A DNA stretch of 64,000 nucleotides from contig CP158635.1 in assembly GCA_050273025.1 (NCBI GenBank), forward strand, positions 4,898,001 to 4,962,000. The letters run 5' to 3'. The notes below the pieces were generated by a model that had not been told where the DNA came from, made no database searches, and saw only the letters and a list, made by a program, of their open reading frames with translations. This document shows, piece after piece, positions 52,801 to 63,968 of the stretch. Within the stretch, counting starts at the first letter, position 1. The number at the start of each line of letters is the position of its first letter. The stretch is from Cenococcum geophilum. Taxonomy: Eukaryota. Both the position numbers and the translations under genes were made by a program.

Positions 52801-55800
52801 TATAACAACGTTAACAGGAAGGCAATTGACCACCTAACTAAATACTACTCCTTCTACTAGAAATACGGACGTTCCCCAGGCTAATTTAAGTTCACCCTTT
52901 ATAAGGACCTTAACTTTAACCACTTAGTATACGTGGACATTATATACATTAATGGCAGTCTAGTATTATATATAATTAATAAGGCAACCTACTATTAAGC
53001 CGCCCGTTAGTTGTAAAATATATCCATAAAACACACTTAGGATATTTTACGGACCTGCTAGATTGACATATACGTCGGACCTCCACAGTATATTACCTAC
53101 GACGCCAATAGGAACTTTATTAGTAAGGAATTCCAGTAGTATACTACGGCCATGGCTATATTAATAAAAGCTGTTCTAGTTAAGGCGCACTAGTTTATTA
53201 GGCTTATTAAGCGAGCTTACCTAGCCTTATAGAGAGCTTACCAGATCATTACGGACGAGTGTAAGAACATCTAAAAGGAACTGGCTTTACAGATAGCTAT
53301 AAAAGCTATTAATAACACCGCTGGCCCCAACGGATTAGTACCTACCCTCTTGGTTTACGGAGCCTACCTAAGGATAAGCAACTTAGGCCCTCCTACCCCA
53401 TCTATTACGGAACGAGCAGCTGCAATACGGAAGGCAATAACTAAAATAGTTAAGTTATAGGCCAAGCAAGCTATTAATAACGCCTTATACCACCGCAACG
53501 GACCTAACACAACCCCAGTATACAACCTCCCGCTTAACTCTGAAGTCCTTGTATGGCATAAAAGCGGCAGTTAGAATGGACCTTATTGTCTACTAGCCGT
53601 AGAAAACAAGACGTGCTGCGTACAGCTTCCTAATAGGCCAACCAGCTTCAGAAGCACGTCCATAAAACCCTACTTTTGGCCCGAAAACACCCATGACGTT
53701 AAACCAGACGAACTAGAAGCACTTGTTAAACTAAACGAACCAGAAGCACCCGCCGAATTAAACGAACTAGAAGCACCCTTACCTACCCTAAAAGTCCCCT
53801 AGAAACCCACTAAACCTACTAAACCTACTATAAAGCGTGGTTAAGGACGCCCCTAAAAGCACCCTATAACCAAGAACACTATAACAAAAAATTACTTAAC
53901 CTCCGCAGGAATATCCGCAAGGCAATCTCCGCCTACGGATATATTAGTTCTAGTATAGGAAACCCCGTTTACGGACTTATAACGTAAAGAGATTAACGGA
54001 CTACTTAAAAAGGGTATCTTTGCGGTTATAATAGAGAAAGACGTCCCGCAAGGCGTCTGTATATTTAACTTACGCTTCATTAATAAGATTAAGCACCCTA
54101 GTACTAATAAAGCCTTTAAGAAATTAAGGCTTATTATATAAGCTTATAACAACAAGGGAAAGGACTTAGTCCTTATGCAATCGCCTATAATTTAACGAGT
54201 TAGCCAACAAATTATACTTATACTTGCGCCGGGACTATAGCAAACCAAACCTATAGCCCTATACTTACAGGATATCTTATAAGCCTACGTATAGTCTAAT
54301 ACCTACCTAAGTAGGGATATCTTTATACGACCACCCTATGAGCTTAACCTATAACCAGGAACAATTTTATGGGTCGTAAAACCTCTTTACGGAGTACCAG
54401 AAGCTAGGAACCACTGGTTTAAGACGTACTACCAGCATCACGTTAGTAAGCTTAAAATGGAATAGTCGACCTATAACCCCTGCCTCCTATACAGCCTATC
54501 GAACGGCCTTAGTATTATTAGACTTTAAATAGATAATACCCTATTCCTAGCAGACCAGACCTTTACGGACGCTAAAGAAACTAAACTATAAAAGGCTAAG
54601 TTCTTAGTAAAGCCGTAAGAGTAGTTAACTAAGTAAAATCCGATTAAGTTTAATAGAGGCCTAATTACATAAAAGGGCAACCTAATTAAGCTAACTTAGG
54701 AACGCCAAGCTTAAAACCTAAAGCTCGTTATAGTAAAGCCTACGGACCTCACTAGTTCCCGCGGAGAGACCCGTAAGACCGTAAATATAAAGGACTAATA
54801 CGCTATATAGCGTGCAAGAGGCGCCTATATTGCTATAGTCTGCCAACCCAAATCTGCCTATGACTTATCCTTTACGGCCCAGGCAGTAGATCTGTAAGAA
54901 GAAAATATTAAGCAGCTTAATAAGCGCATTTAGTGGCAAATTAATAATGCAGTAAGGGGACTTACTTTTATACCACTAGACCTAAATTCCCTTAGCCTAC
55001 TGGCATTTATGGACGCCTCCTTTGCTAATAACAAAGACCTATTATCACAAATTGGCTTTGTAATTGTACTTACGGACCGCAATTAGGACGCAAATATACT
55101 ACACTAGTCTTTAATTAAGTGCAAATGAGTAACCTGTAGTGTACTAGCTTCTAAACTATATACACTAGCTTATGGATTTAATATAGCAGCTGCAATTAAA
55201 TCAACGGTCTAGAAGATTCTATAACTAGAGTAGTTACCCCTGGTTTTATGCACCGATTTAAAGTCCCTTTACGACTGCCTAGTTAAACTAGGTACGACAC
55301 AAGAGAAGAGGCTTATAGTTAACCTAATATGCTTACATTAGGCCTATAAACAACGTAAGATTACGGAGGTTAAATAGATCAGCAGCGGAGATAACCTAGC
55401 GGACGCTATAACTAAGGCAAAGCCGTATTAAGCCCTTAAAACCCTAATTAATATAAATAAGCTTAACCTAAAAGTTATAGAATGGGTAGAACGGGACTAA
55501 CGGAGCACCTATAGTATGTCTACGGCCTGTTAGAAGGCCGTACGGCTCGTTGTACGGTATAGGTAGAAAACAGTAGAAAGCTACGGTGGAACTTGGTAGA
55601 CTCACATGACCTGCCGAATTTTATAGGGTGGTTAAATTAACCAATTACGATTTTCCATCCCCGGGATAGAAAATTGCCATTGGTTCGCTTAGCACTAGCG
55701 CCTTAGCGGCCCTTAAAATCTAACTTATGGCTTGTCTACTGCCTGTTAAAAGGCCGTACGGTTTATTTTACGGACCGTAAGCAGAACTTACGGCTAGCTT

Positions 55801-56202
55801 AGGGCACCGTTTAGAAGGCAGCCTAGACGGCACCTTAGGGAGATTTCCTATGTATTTTCCTTTATATTCTATGGTTTTATTAAAGCAATTATAGAGGCTA
55901 TATACAGGTGGTTTCATTTTTTAAGTACTGCCAGTGTATAATTACAGCACCTGTTGTACCAAACGCGTGCTTACGCGTTCGGTATACCAGGTACGCGTTT
56001 ACGCGTTCAGTGCACCAACCACTCGCTTACGCGTCTGGTGCACTTATAAAGCACTAACTAATTAGGGGGGAGGTGCATCAGTATATAGACTACGTAGTCT
56101 GCTTCATACAATCGACAGTCACCATCCAAACAAGCATACGATACTACATGTATTTCGTGCCCGTGGATACGACTCACTCATACTATTAAGTTAGTACGAA
56201 CA
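49840..56202 (+). mobile_element. Ty1/Copia (GalEa-like) family C2 copy b, full length 6363 bp, inserted in the G2 3' LTR
   Basis: 268-bp LTRs 49840-50107 and 55935-56202; TSD CTAAG at 49835-49839 and 56203-56207; gag knuckle KCFICGK (~51890), protease IIDIGTS (~52300), integrase, RT (KPLYGVPEA.NHW ~54380), RNase H. Confidence 0.95.
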
Positions 56203-57971
56203 CTAAGTAACCTAGTTAACAATATATACCCTTTCTTTCCATTTTCTTACCTCCTTTCCTTATATAACGTCTTAGCTTTATTATATAGTTTATACATATA
56301 GCCTAATAATATCTACTTTGTTATATATTATCGTCGCTTATACTTACTCTATAATTATTACTACCTTCTTTTTACTTTTTTATTAATTGTATATATAGAC
56401 GTTTAGTATTTTAGAGGCTCTAAAGAACGATTTATAGTCGGCTTTAAGGACCTTTCTTTAACGTCTATATTAGTTAAGCTGCTAGTAAAGACTATACTAT
56501 TACCTATAGCCTCCCTAAAGGAAATAATAGGGTCCTTCTTCTTTATCTACTTCCTTATAGTTTGATTAACTATACGCGATATAATATCCGCTACTTATTA
56601 TTGGTCCTCTTACCTATTTAGAGCCTATTGCTTCTACCACTACTACTTCTACTACTATTACTCCTGCTACTGCCTAATTTAAAGCTTTATAATGCTGACT
56701 TTAAATATTACCTTCTTTATATTTTTGCCCTTTATATTTAGTTAGTTCTAAAGCTTAAACGGCTAAAAAGGAGAAGGCTTAATGGGTAGTAGAGGCTTAA
56801 GGGGAGGCTTATTAGAAGGAGGTTTTAATTAAGCAGGCGGATAGAGGAGGGCCTATTTAGGTTAACGTTAGCGACGCTACTTTAGATTATAATCGCTATG
56901 CAAAGGCTCTAGATCTGTAAAGTCGTGCAGTAGTTAAGGTTCTATTTTTATACGCTCTAAAAGCTTTAGTAGCTTAGGCTTACTTAGTAAAGGCTTTATT
57001 AGATTAACTTAATTAAGGCCTTAAAGCACCTACTATTATATAAGTAATAACCTAGCACTAATATTAATCTATATATTTAAGCGCCTTTTAATTACATTAA
57101 TAGTTAGTAGCGCCTTTATAATAGTTATTACCTCCTTTATAGTAAATAACCTCTTTAATATAACGTGGATTTTGTTTAATCCAAGCTTAAATCCACTATT
57201 CCTTAAGCTCCCGCTAAGCCTTCCTTTATACTCGCTTAGCTTATACTTTAGTTTTTAGCGCTTCTTTTTATATAGTAACTTATTTAAAATAGGCCTTAAC
57301 TAGTTTAATTATATTTAAATTAAGTAAATTACTAGGTTAAAGAAGGCGCTAAAGGCCTACTATATTAAATTTAATTAATTAATAATATAATTTATAAAAT
57401 AGATCTTTATTCTCTTAAACAATAGTATTTAGGTAGTTAATTTAGTACTTAATATTAAAAGGAATAAGAATAGAAAGGAGGATAGTGGTAAGATAGCGAT
57501 ACTAATTAATGCCCCTATTCTTCCCATTTCTTTAAAAGGCGCTATTTTCCTTGGTTATATGGAAATTAAGGCTTTCTATCTAGCTTATTGTAAAGCCTAA
57601 GTTGTTATATACTAGTAGTAAGCTACTAAGCTATATAAAGCTCTAGCTTAATTACTTTATTAATTTTTTAAAGCTTAATTTTTAAAGCCTTCTTCTTTAG
57701 TATAGTTTTAGGCCTCTATATCTAGTAGGGAGCCTTCTAATTATATAAGAACGCACCCTAAAATATAAACTTAGTAGCTTTAGAAAATTAAGGTTAAATT
57801 ACCTACTTACTTACCTTCTCTTTAGCTAAACGCTAGAGCTTATATCCGCCCCTTTTATAGCCTAAAATAATACTAGTTTTATTACTCTAGATAATAGTCT
57901 TCTAATTGTTAATTATTTAATACTTATATTATAAGGCGAACTAAAGGCGAGCTTCCTTTATCTCTTATAAG

Positions 57972-58100
57972 TGTTAGGTAACAAAGTCACCTCGCCTATA
58001 TATATTGTTCCGCATAGCCATGCCTAGCATTAAGCCAGTCACTCGCTTACCTTTTAGGGTTTGTGCCGTGGCTAAGTGGTACGGAGCTTATTATTTTATA
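57972..58100 (-). repeat. Solo LTR, 129 bp, same family as 47243-47371 (inverted)
   Basis: Reverse complement of 47243-47371; TSD ATAAG at 57967-57971 and 58101-58105. Confidence 0.9.
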
Positions 58101-58376
58101 ATAAGAGGTAAGGCTTCTTATAGGCTTTATCTTTTAATATCTATAGCGTTAAAAAAACTCACTAGATAGTTTAAGTAAAGTAGCCGCATTTAGCGGTAAT
58201 ATAGACGTAGGACTTCTCTTTACTAAATTAATTAGTAATAACTTTCTTAAGAATTTACCGTTTAAACTTATAGGTAATTTTAACCTTTAATCTAGTGTAA
58301 GGAGTATTAATAATATAGCTTTTAAGAATAAGAGAATAAGAGGAAAAGTCCTAGCTATAACTACGGGCCTTTTTAA

Positions 58377-59387
58377 TAATAATAATAGATTTAATTTACC
58401 GTCCGACCCGGTCCCCCTAATGGGTCCACGCAGACTAATTCCTATGGTAAAAACTTAATATATATACTAAGAAAAACCCATTTTTTGGGTAAACAAAAAA
58501 CCCCTAAGGGAAACGTAAGAGGTAATACTTCTAGATAGCATTTGTACTACATTAATGGGGGGAAAAATACCGTTAGGTTACTACTTAGAGACCCCTAAGG
58601 AAGGTGTCTTAAATGCCTGTCTTGCCCTGTCTGCCTTTTAAACCACTTTCCCTATTTATTATTGCCTATATGGAATTATATACCTGCCCTTCCCCTACTC
58701 CGCCCTATATATATACACATATACTACTTACAGCTTCCCTACTTATAGCATAATCTAATCTTATTATTATACCTTCTAGTATAATCTATTGCCCTCCTAT
58801 ATAATGTACTTATATCTAGTCCTATATAACCTTTTTTTTAAACTAAAATAACGGGACAGTAATTGGTGCTAGGTATTTTCTCCTAGGGCCTTAACCTAGG
58901 TCCTTTGTAATATAAAGGAGGATATATACCGCATGCGGTAGGTTTAAGCTATTAGGTAATAATAAAGGCGGGTAAATAAGAGGCCTTAAAAGGTAATAGA
59001 CGAGAGGCTTTTAAAAGGTAGGTAGATAAAGAGGCTTATTGCGGGCTTTAGCCTGCAAGGCGTACGTATATACTGTATAGGGTTATGCAGTATAGCGTGC
59101 CATACTGTATAGAAGGAGGACGCCGATTTAGATGCCGTGATTTAAGCAGGTTAACCGTATATAAAGACGAGTTGGTCGTGTTCCTAAAGCCTTGTTGGGG
59201 CTTACCCTCCCAACAGAAACTTCTTTCTTCGCGATCACCCGTCGCAGTGCTAGCGGTGCGCAGCCATATGGACGTCTCTGCGTTTGCTCTAGTAGTCTAT
59301 TGACACGATCCTAACGGAATATTAATAGTACTGCCAGGTTCCTAGGCTCCACCGCGTGGAGGTATAGAGGCCGATTTTATAAAGCCC
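58377..59387 (-). mobile_element. SINE-like non-autonomous retroposon, ~1011 bp, with 5' HDV-like ribozyme and Tad1-LINE-like 3' end
   Basis: TSD TACGGGCCTTTTTAA at 58362-58376 and 59388-59402 (single copy at the equivalent site ~62048-62061 of the related Tc1); (ATT)4 tail; 3' ~70 nt similar to LINE end 46510-46573; no recognisable RT/EN coding remnants. Confidence 0.85.
59274..59387 (-). ncRNA. HDV-like (nested double-pseudoknot) self-cleaving ribozyme, RIP-mutated copy
   Basis: Minus strand: P1 GGGCTTT / J ATAAAATCG / P2 GCCTCTAT / P3 ACC / L3 TCCACGC / P3' GGT / P1' GGAGCCT / AG GAAC / P4 CTGGCAGT-A-CTATTAATAT-TCC GTTA GGA-TC-GTGTCAATAG-ACTACTAG / AG CAAAC / P2' GCAGAGAC. All pairing defects are C>T or G>A changes, most in RIP CpA/TpG context. 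Confidence 0.82.
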
Positions 59388-59690
59388 TACGGGCCTTTTT
59401 AAAGAGATACTATAGTATTTGGCGCTTAATTTCGGTAATACGTTTAATATATTAAAGGGTTACTCCTATAGCCTTTATAGCGAGGGCAAGCTAATAAAAG
59501 CCTATAGTTAGTAAAGCAATATTTAAGCTAGAAGAGTCCTTACTAGTAATTTTAGAAAGCATTAAGGGTATAATAGAAGTAATAAGGCTGCAAAAGTTAT
59601 TCTACCGTTAGAATTTTTGGGCGGTTAGTAGGTAGTGCACTAAACTTCCTAATTAGGAAGGTGCAAGAGCTTTTATTAGGGATATCCGTA

Positions 59691-62366
59691 TAGAGGTCGC
59701 TAATATAGCAGAATATACCTTCCTAATTAAGAAGTTTGGCTTACCGCCCACTAAAATATTATAAATTCTATTACTAGTGGCCTAATATATATAGATAAAG
59801 CTTTAAATAAAAGGCAATATATAGGCGATTAATTGATTGGTTAGTAAGCTAGCTATTTAAAAGGTAATAATAACTATAGGGGCGCAGCTTCCTGCTCTGT
59901 AATGACTTGGCGGCGTCCTCTACTGCTTAGGCAGAAGCCTTTATAGGCTTAATCTACTGCCTTAATCCCGCCTTTTTGGCAATCTTTTATATAGAAGTTT
60001 GGTGTAATAAAGGTTCTAAAGGAGGCTCTACTAAAGGCTCTGCTAAAGGCTCTATAGGAAGCTCTATAGCGATTTGCCCACTAGTAGAGCCTTTAGTAGA
60101 ACTTTTTCCTTAATCTTTCCTTATCTACTTCCTTATAGGTTAATTAATTGTAAGCTACCTAATATCTACTACTTTATAATGTTGATCTTCCTGCCTATTT
60201 TAAGCCTGCTGTTCCGGCTACTGCTGCTTCTGCTACTACCCCTACTGCTGCCCCTACTGCTGCCCCTACTGCTGCCCCTGCTGCTGCCCCTACTGCTGCC
60301 CAACTTAAGGCTCTATAAAGCTGACTTTAAACGCCGGCTTCTTCGAGTTTCTGCCCTTTGTATTTGGTCGGTTTTAGATTAACTAAGGCTAGGGAGGAGG
60401 AGGAGGATTTGTAGGTAGTAGAGGCTTTGGAGGAGCCTTATAGGAGGAAGCTTTTAATTTAGTAGGCGGCTGAAGTAGTGCCTATTTAGCTTAACGTCGT
60501 CGGCGGACCTTTAGATCTTATTTGTTGTGTAGAGGCTCTAAGTTAACTAGTTCGTTCGGTAGATAAGGGCCTATTTATATATAGTGTGGGAGCTTTAGTA
60601 GCTAAGGCTTTCTAAGCAGAGGCTCGTCCGGATTAATACGGTTAAGGCTTAAAAGTACCTGCTATCGCATATAATTAATTACTTGGTAGCGATATTGATC
60701 TATCTATTTAAGCGCCTTCTAATCTCTTGCATTATTAGTAGCGCCTTTATAATATTTGTTGCCTCCTCTATAGCGAATAACCTCTTAAATATAATGTGGA
60801 ATTCGTTCTATCTAAGCTTAAATCCGCTATCATTTAAGCTTATCTTATACCGTCTACTAAGCTTACTTAGCTTCTGCTTAGTTCTTTAATGTGCCCTTTT
60901 TTATAGTAACTCGTTTAAGGTAGAACTAGCATAGCTCTATTATATTTAGATTAGGTAAATTGCCCGGCCAAAGTAGACGCTAAAGGCCTACTACGTTAAA
61001 GTAGATCTACTAGTGTTTTAATAAATAAGCGGGAGCTTTATCCTCTTAGATAATAGTATTTAGGCGATTAATCTAGCACTTAATTATTATAGCGACTCTG
61101 TTAATCAAGGTATAAGCGCCGTAATGAACGTATACAAGCCTATATAATTGGAATATCTATAGACCCGGATATTAAGATAAGGAGTAAAAGGTGGAAAAGG
61201 ACACGTTTATATATATATGCCAAGGCTTAAGCGAGCCCCCTAACTAGATCCGTTACGGTGCCGTAATATTAATTATAAATGGAATAGGGATTAGCAGAAG
61301 AATTTTGGTAAGATAGCAATACTAATTAATACTACCTTTTTTTAAGTTACGCTTAAAAGCGCTATTCTCCTTAGTAAGACGGAAGCTTAGTTTCCTTCCT
61401 AGTTTATTACGAAGGCCTAGTTGTCTTATACCGGTAGTAAGCTCCTATATATTATAAAGCTCTAGCTCTATTACCTTATTAATCTTCTTAAGCTCTAGCT
61501 TTAACGCTTTTTTCTTAGCTATAGTTTTGGGCCTCTATATATAGTAGGGAGCCTTCTAATTATATAAAAAGGCGCCCTAGAATATAAACTCTGTAGCGCC
61601 TTTAAATTGAGGTTAAATAGATAATTTATTAACCTTTTCTTTAGCTAATCGCTAGAGCTTATATCCGCCTCTTCTCTAGCCTAGAATAACGCCCGTTTTA
61701 TTACTCTAGATAGCATTCTTCTAATCCTTAATTATCTAATTCTAGTATTATAAGGCAAATTAAAGGCAAGCCTCTTTTATTACTAGTAAGAGGTAGGGCT
61801 TTTTTATAGGCTTTATCTTCCGATATCTATAACGTCAAAGGACTCGCCAAACTGTTTAGGCAAAGCAGCCGCACTCTGCAGCAATATAGGCGCAGGACTT
61901 CTCTCTGCTATATTAATTGGAGGTAACTTTTTTAAGGATTCGTTGTTTAAATAGGCGGGTAATTTTAACTTTTAGCCTAGTGCGTAGAGCGTTAATAATA
62001 TAGCCGTTGAGGATTAGAGGATTGGTAGTAGGATACCAGCCACAATTAAAGGCCTTTTTAAATAGATATTGCAGTGATCGATGCTTAATTTAGGTGATAT
62101 TTTGAATTTTCTTAAGGGTTGCTCCTATGGCCTTTATGGCTAGGGCCTGGGCCCTAGTCGCAAGCTAATAAAAGCCCATAGTTAGCACAGTAAAATTCAA
62201 GCTTTGGTGGTTCTTGCAAGCAGTTTTAGAGGAAATTGCAGCTATTTGGTGGTGTTAGTGTCGGTGTGATTGAAGTATTCTGCCGTCAGAATATTTAGGC
62301 GGTCAGTGGGCGGTCAGCCAAACTGCCTAATCGGGAAGGTGCAAGAATATATGTTAGCGACCTCCG
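59691..62366 (-). mobile_element. Tc1/mariner DD34E DNA transposon, copy b, full length 2676 bp, RIP-inactivated
   Basis: ~63-bp imperfect TIRs ((C)(G)GAGGTCGCTAA...TTAGCGACCTCCG) flanked by TA at 59689-59690 and 62367-62368; minus-strand RIPped motifs (W)S(D)(E)TG ~61700, F(W)GAF ~61575, EDKAPA ~61040 and WPGN(S)P(D)LN(M)IE ~60935-60970, with 34 residues counted between D and E. Confidence 0.9.
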
Positions 62367-62681
62367 TAGACAAAATTTAATTTAATACGATTAACTGCTT
62401 ATATCTAATATTTTATATAATATAGCTATAACGTTATTATTTAATGCAATAGATAGAGAAGCTAAAGAGGCTGGGCAAGGCATACAGGCTTTGCCTAGTT
62501 TGCTCCATTCCACCAATACACATACGAGTTTTTCGCCATAAAATAATTAAAGCACTCACTTGATTTAGAAATTGCTGCAAGCACTCCAGGCGTATAACGT
62601 AAAGAAGAGAGCATTACGGCGAGCCTCACCAGATCACGAAGGCTTTCACACACCTCTAGCACATCTTTTTCCATCATACTC

Positions 62682-63968
62682 CTATTCCGCTATGCTCGTA
62701 TCACCTTTCTTGACTTGATGCATACCGATCTTTACCATAGGACTTTTCATCAGCTTCCCCCAATCATGAATAGACTTCGTTTGCGCCAGCGAAATCTGCA
62801 TTTCCCTAGTCCCTCGTTCGAACACTTCTTCATCGTACGCTTTGATAGCTTCAGACAGACTCTTAGCACCGCTCGCCGCCTCCTTGATAGCCGCTGTAAA
62901 GGTTGATGAGTCCTGAATCGCAGAGTTAAATCCTTGTCCTCTGTCTAGCAAGCATGTTAACGATAGCTCTAATCGCTAGATGCACGCTTGGATAAAAGGA
63001 GAATACTCACGCGGCGTCATTGGATGTGCAGCGTCTCCACACAGCGTCATCTTGCCATTCCTGTTATCCCATGGTGCTGCTCGCTCCCAATAAGTGCCCG
63101 AATCAATAGGAATTTTAGTTCCCTCCTTGACCCATAATCCAGCAGATTTCCACGGTTCTGCCCATTGCTCTGCAATTCGTTTGACGAATGCCAGCCTACC
63201 CGCTTCGTTATTTTCAGTCTCCGGGATTGGATTATCCATCCAGCTCATGAAAATCTGGAAAGTCCATGTTTCGGGCTTATCAGGGTCCGGGACATCTTGG
63301 ACTGAGAGTACTCAGCAGTCGGCAACCAAGCTGAAATGGCGAATCCTAGATGGTTAGGAAAGAAAGGACAGCCTACTAGAGAGCCAGAACATCACCCCCA
63401 AGTCCGGATGAATACTCGTCACAAACAGCGGATTCAGGCTCCTCACATGCAGCGCCTGCTCCGCCGTATACACCTGCGTGAAATTGATTATCGACACCGG
63501 CACCGTCGTCACCTGTGCCGCCTCTTCCCCGCAAACCACCTCCCTGACCCTCGACCGCGCGCCATCACACCCCACCAGCACATCGCCCACCACCCTCGTC
63601 CCATCCGCGAACACAGCAACGACCTGCTCGCCCTCCTCCACCGCTTCCACAAACTCCTTCCCGTACTGGACGGTCAGCCCCTCGCTGAACAGCTTCCGCA
63701 GCTTCCGCCTGCTGACCCGACACGGCCGCTCCCCCGCCATCGTCATCAGCAGCTCGCCCGTCTTGCCGTTATGCACAGGCAAGCCGGTGACCGCGTCCGC
63801 GGACATGCTGGGGTCCGCGTACGTCTCCGAAATGCGCGCCGTGAGGGCCGGTGGCAGGCAGGATGCCAGGTGCGAGGAGCCCCAGTGCATCGTCATGCCC
63901 CATTCGCGCGGGCGGGTTTGGTAGGAAGTCGAGGTTTCGTACTCGAAGAGTGAGTAGGGGAGGCCGGC
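62682..63968 (-). CDS. FAD-dependent monooxygenase (group A flavoprotein, aromatic-ring hydroxylase type); 5'-partial, exons 63968-63377, 63301-63011, 62944-62682
   Basis: Introns GTAGGC...CTCAG (63376-63302) and GTGAGT...GCTAG (63010-62945) join three ORFs in frame (382 codons including stop); motifs RPREWGMTMHW, VLVGCDGARSRVR and CGDAAHPMTPHRGQGFNSAIQD; acceptor CTAG at 63969, so the GxGxxG exon is beyond the window. Confidence 0.93.

Larger units (their letters stand above)
24297..56356 (+). mobile_element. Ty3/Gypsy chromovirus G2: host of the central nest (pieces 24297-26450, 32506-32863, 46588-47242, 47377-49839, 56208-56356)
   Basis: LTR 24297-24665 and homologous LTR 49620-49839 + 56208-56356; PPT AAAGGGGGGGTAC before 49620; gag (~24700-25650), protease (~25960), RT (RIPped YIDDILIY ~47090), RNase H, integrase and chromodomain (~49400-49560) rejoin across the TSDs of the nested inserts. 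Confidence 0.87.
56357..59688 (-). mobile_element. Tc1/mariner DD34E element, copy a (left end lost; carries a solo LTR and the ribozyme retroposon)
   Basis: Colinear homolog of 59691-62366; right terminus ...AGGAAGGTGCAAGAGC...GATATCCG followed by TA at 59689-59690. Confidence 0.82.

Noticed and set aside
59300..59387. tRNA- or 5S-derived head for the SINE-like element
   Set aside because: No A/B boxes or cloverleaf; the HDV fold explains the sequence better.
754..60889. Short L/I/Y-rich ORFs across the AT-rich DNA (e.g. 754-942, 21178-21381, 45890-46096, 60074-60382, 60683-60889)
   Set aside because: RIP artefacts or off-frame/antisense pieces of TE genes; in-frame ones (1831-2052, 4165-4356, 44216-44398, 52216-52548) are fragments of the annotated elements.
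62495..62677. 60-aa minus-strand ORF after the monooxygenase stop
   Set aside because: Lies in the expected 3' UTR and has no motif support.
63094..63953. Plus-strand ORFs of 87, 205 and 148 aa
   Set aside because: Antisense shadows of the GC-rich monooxygenase exons.
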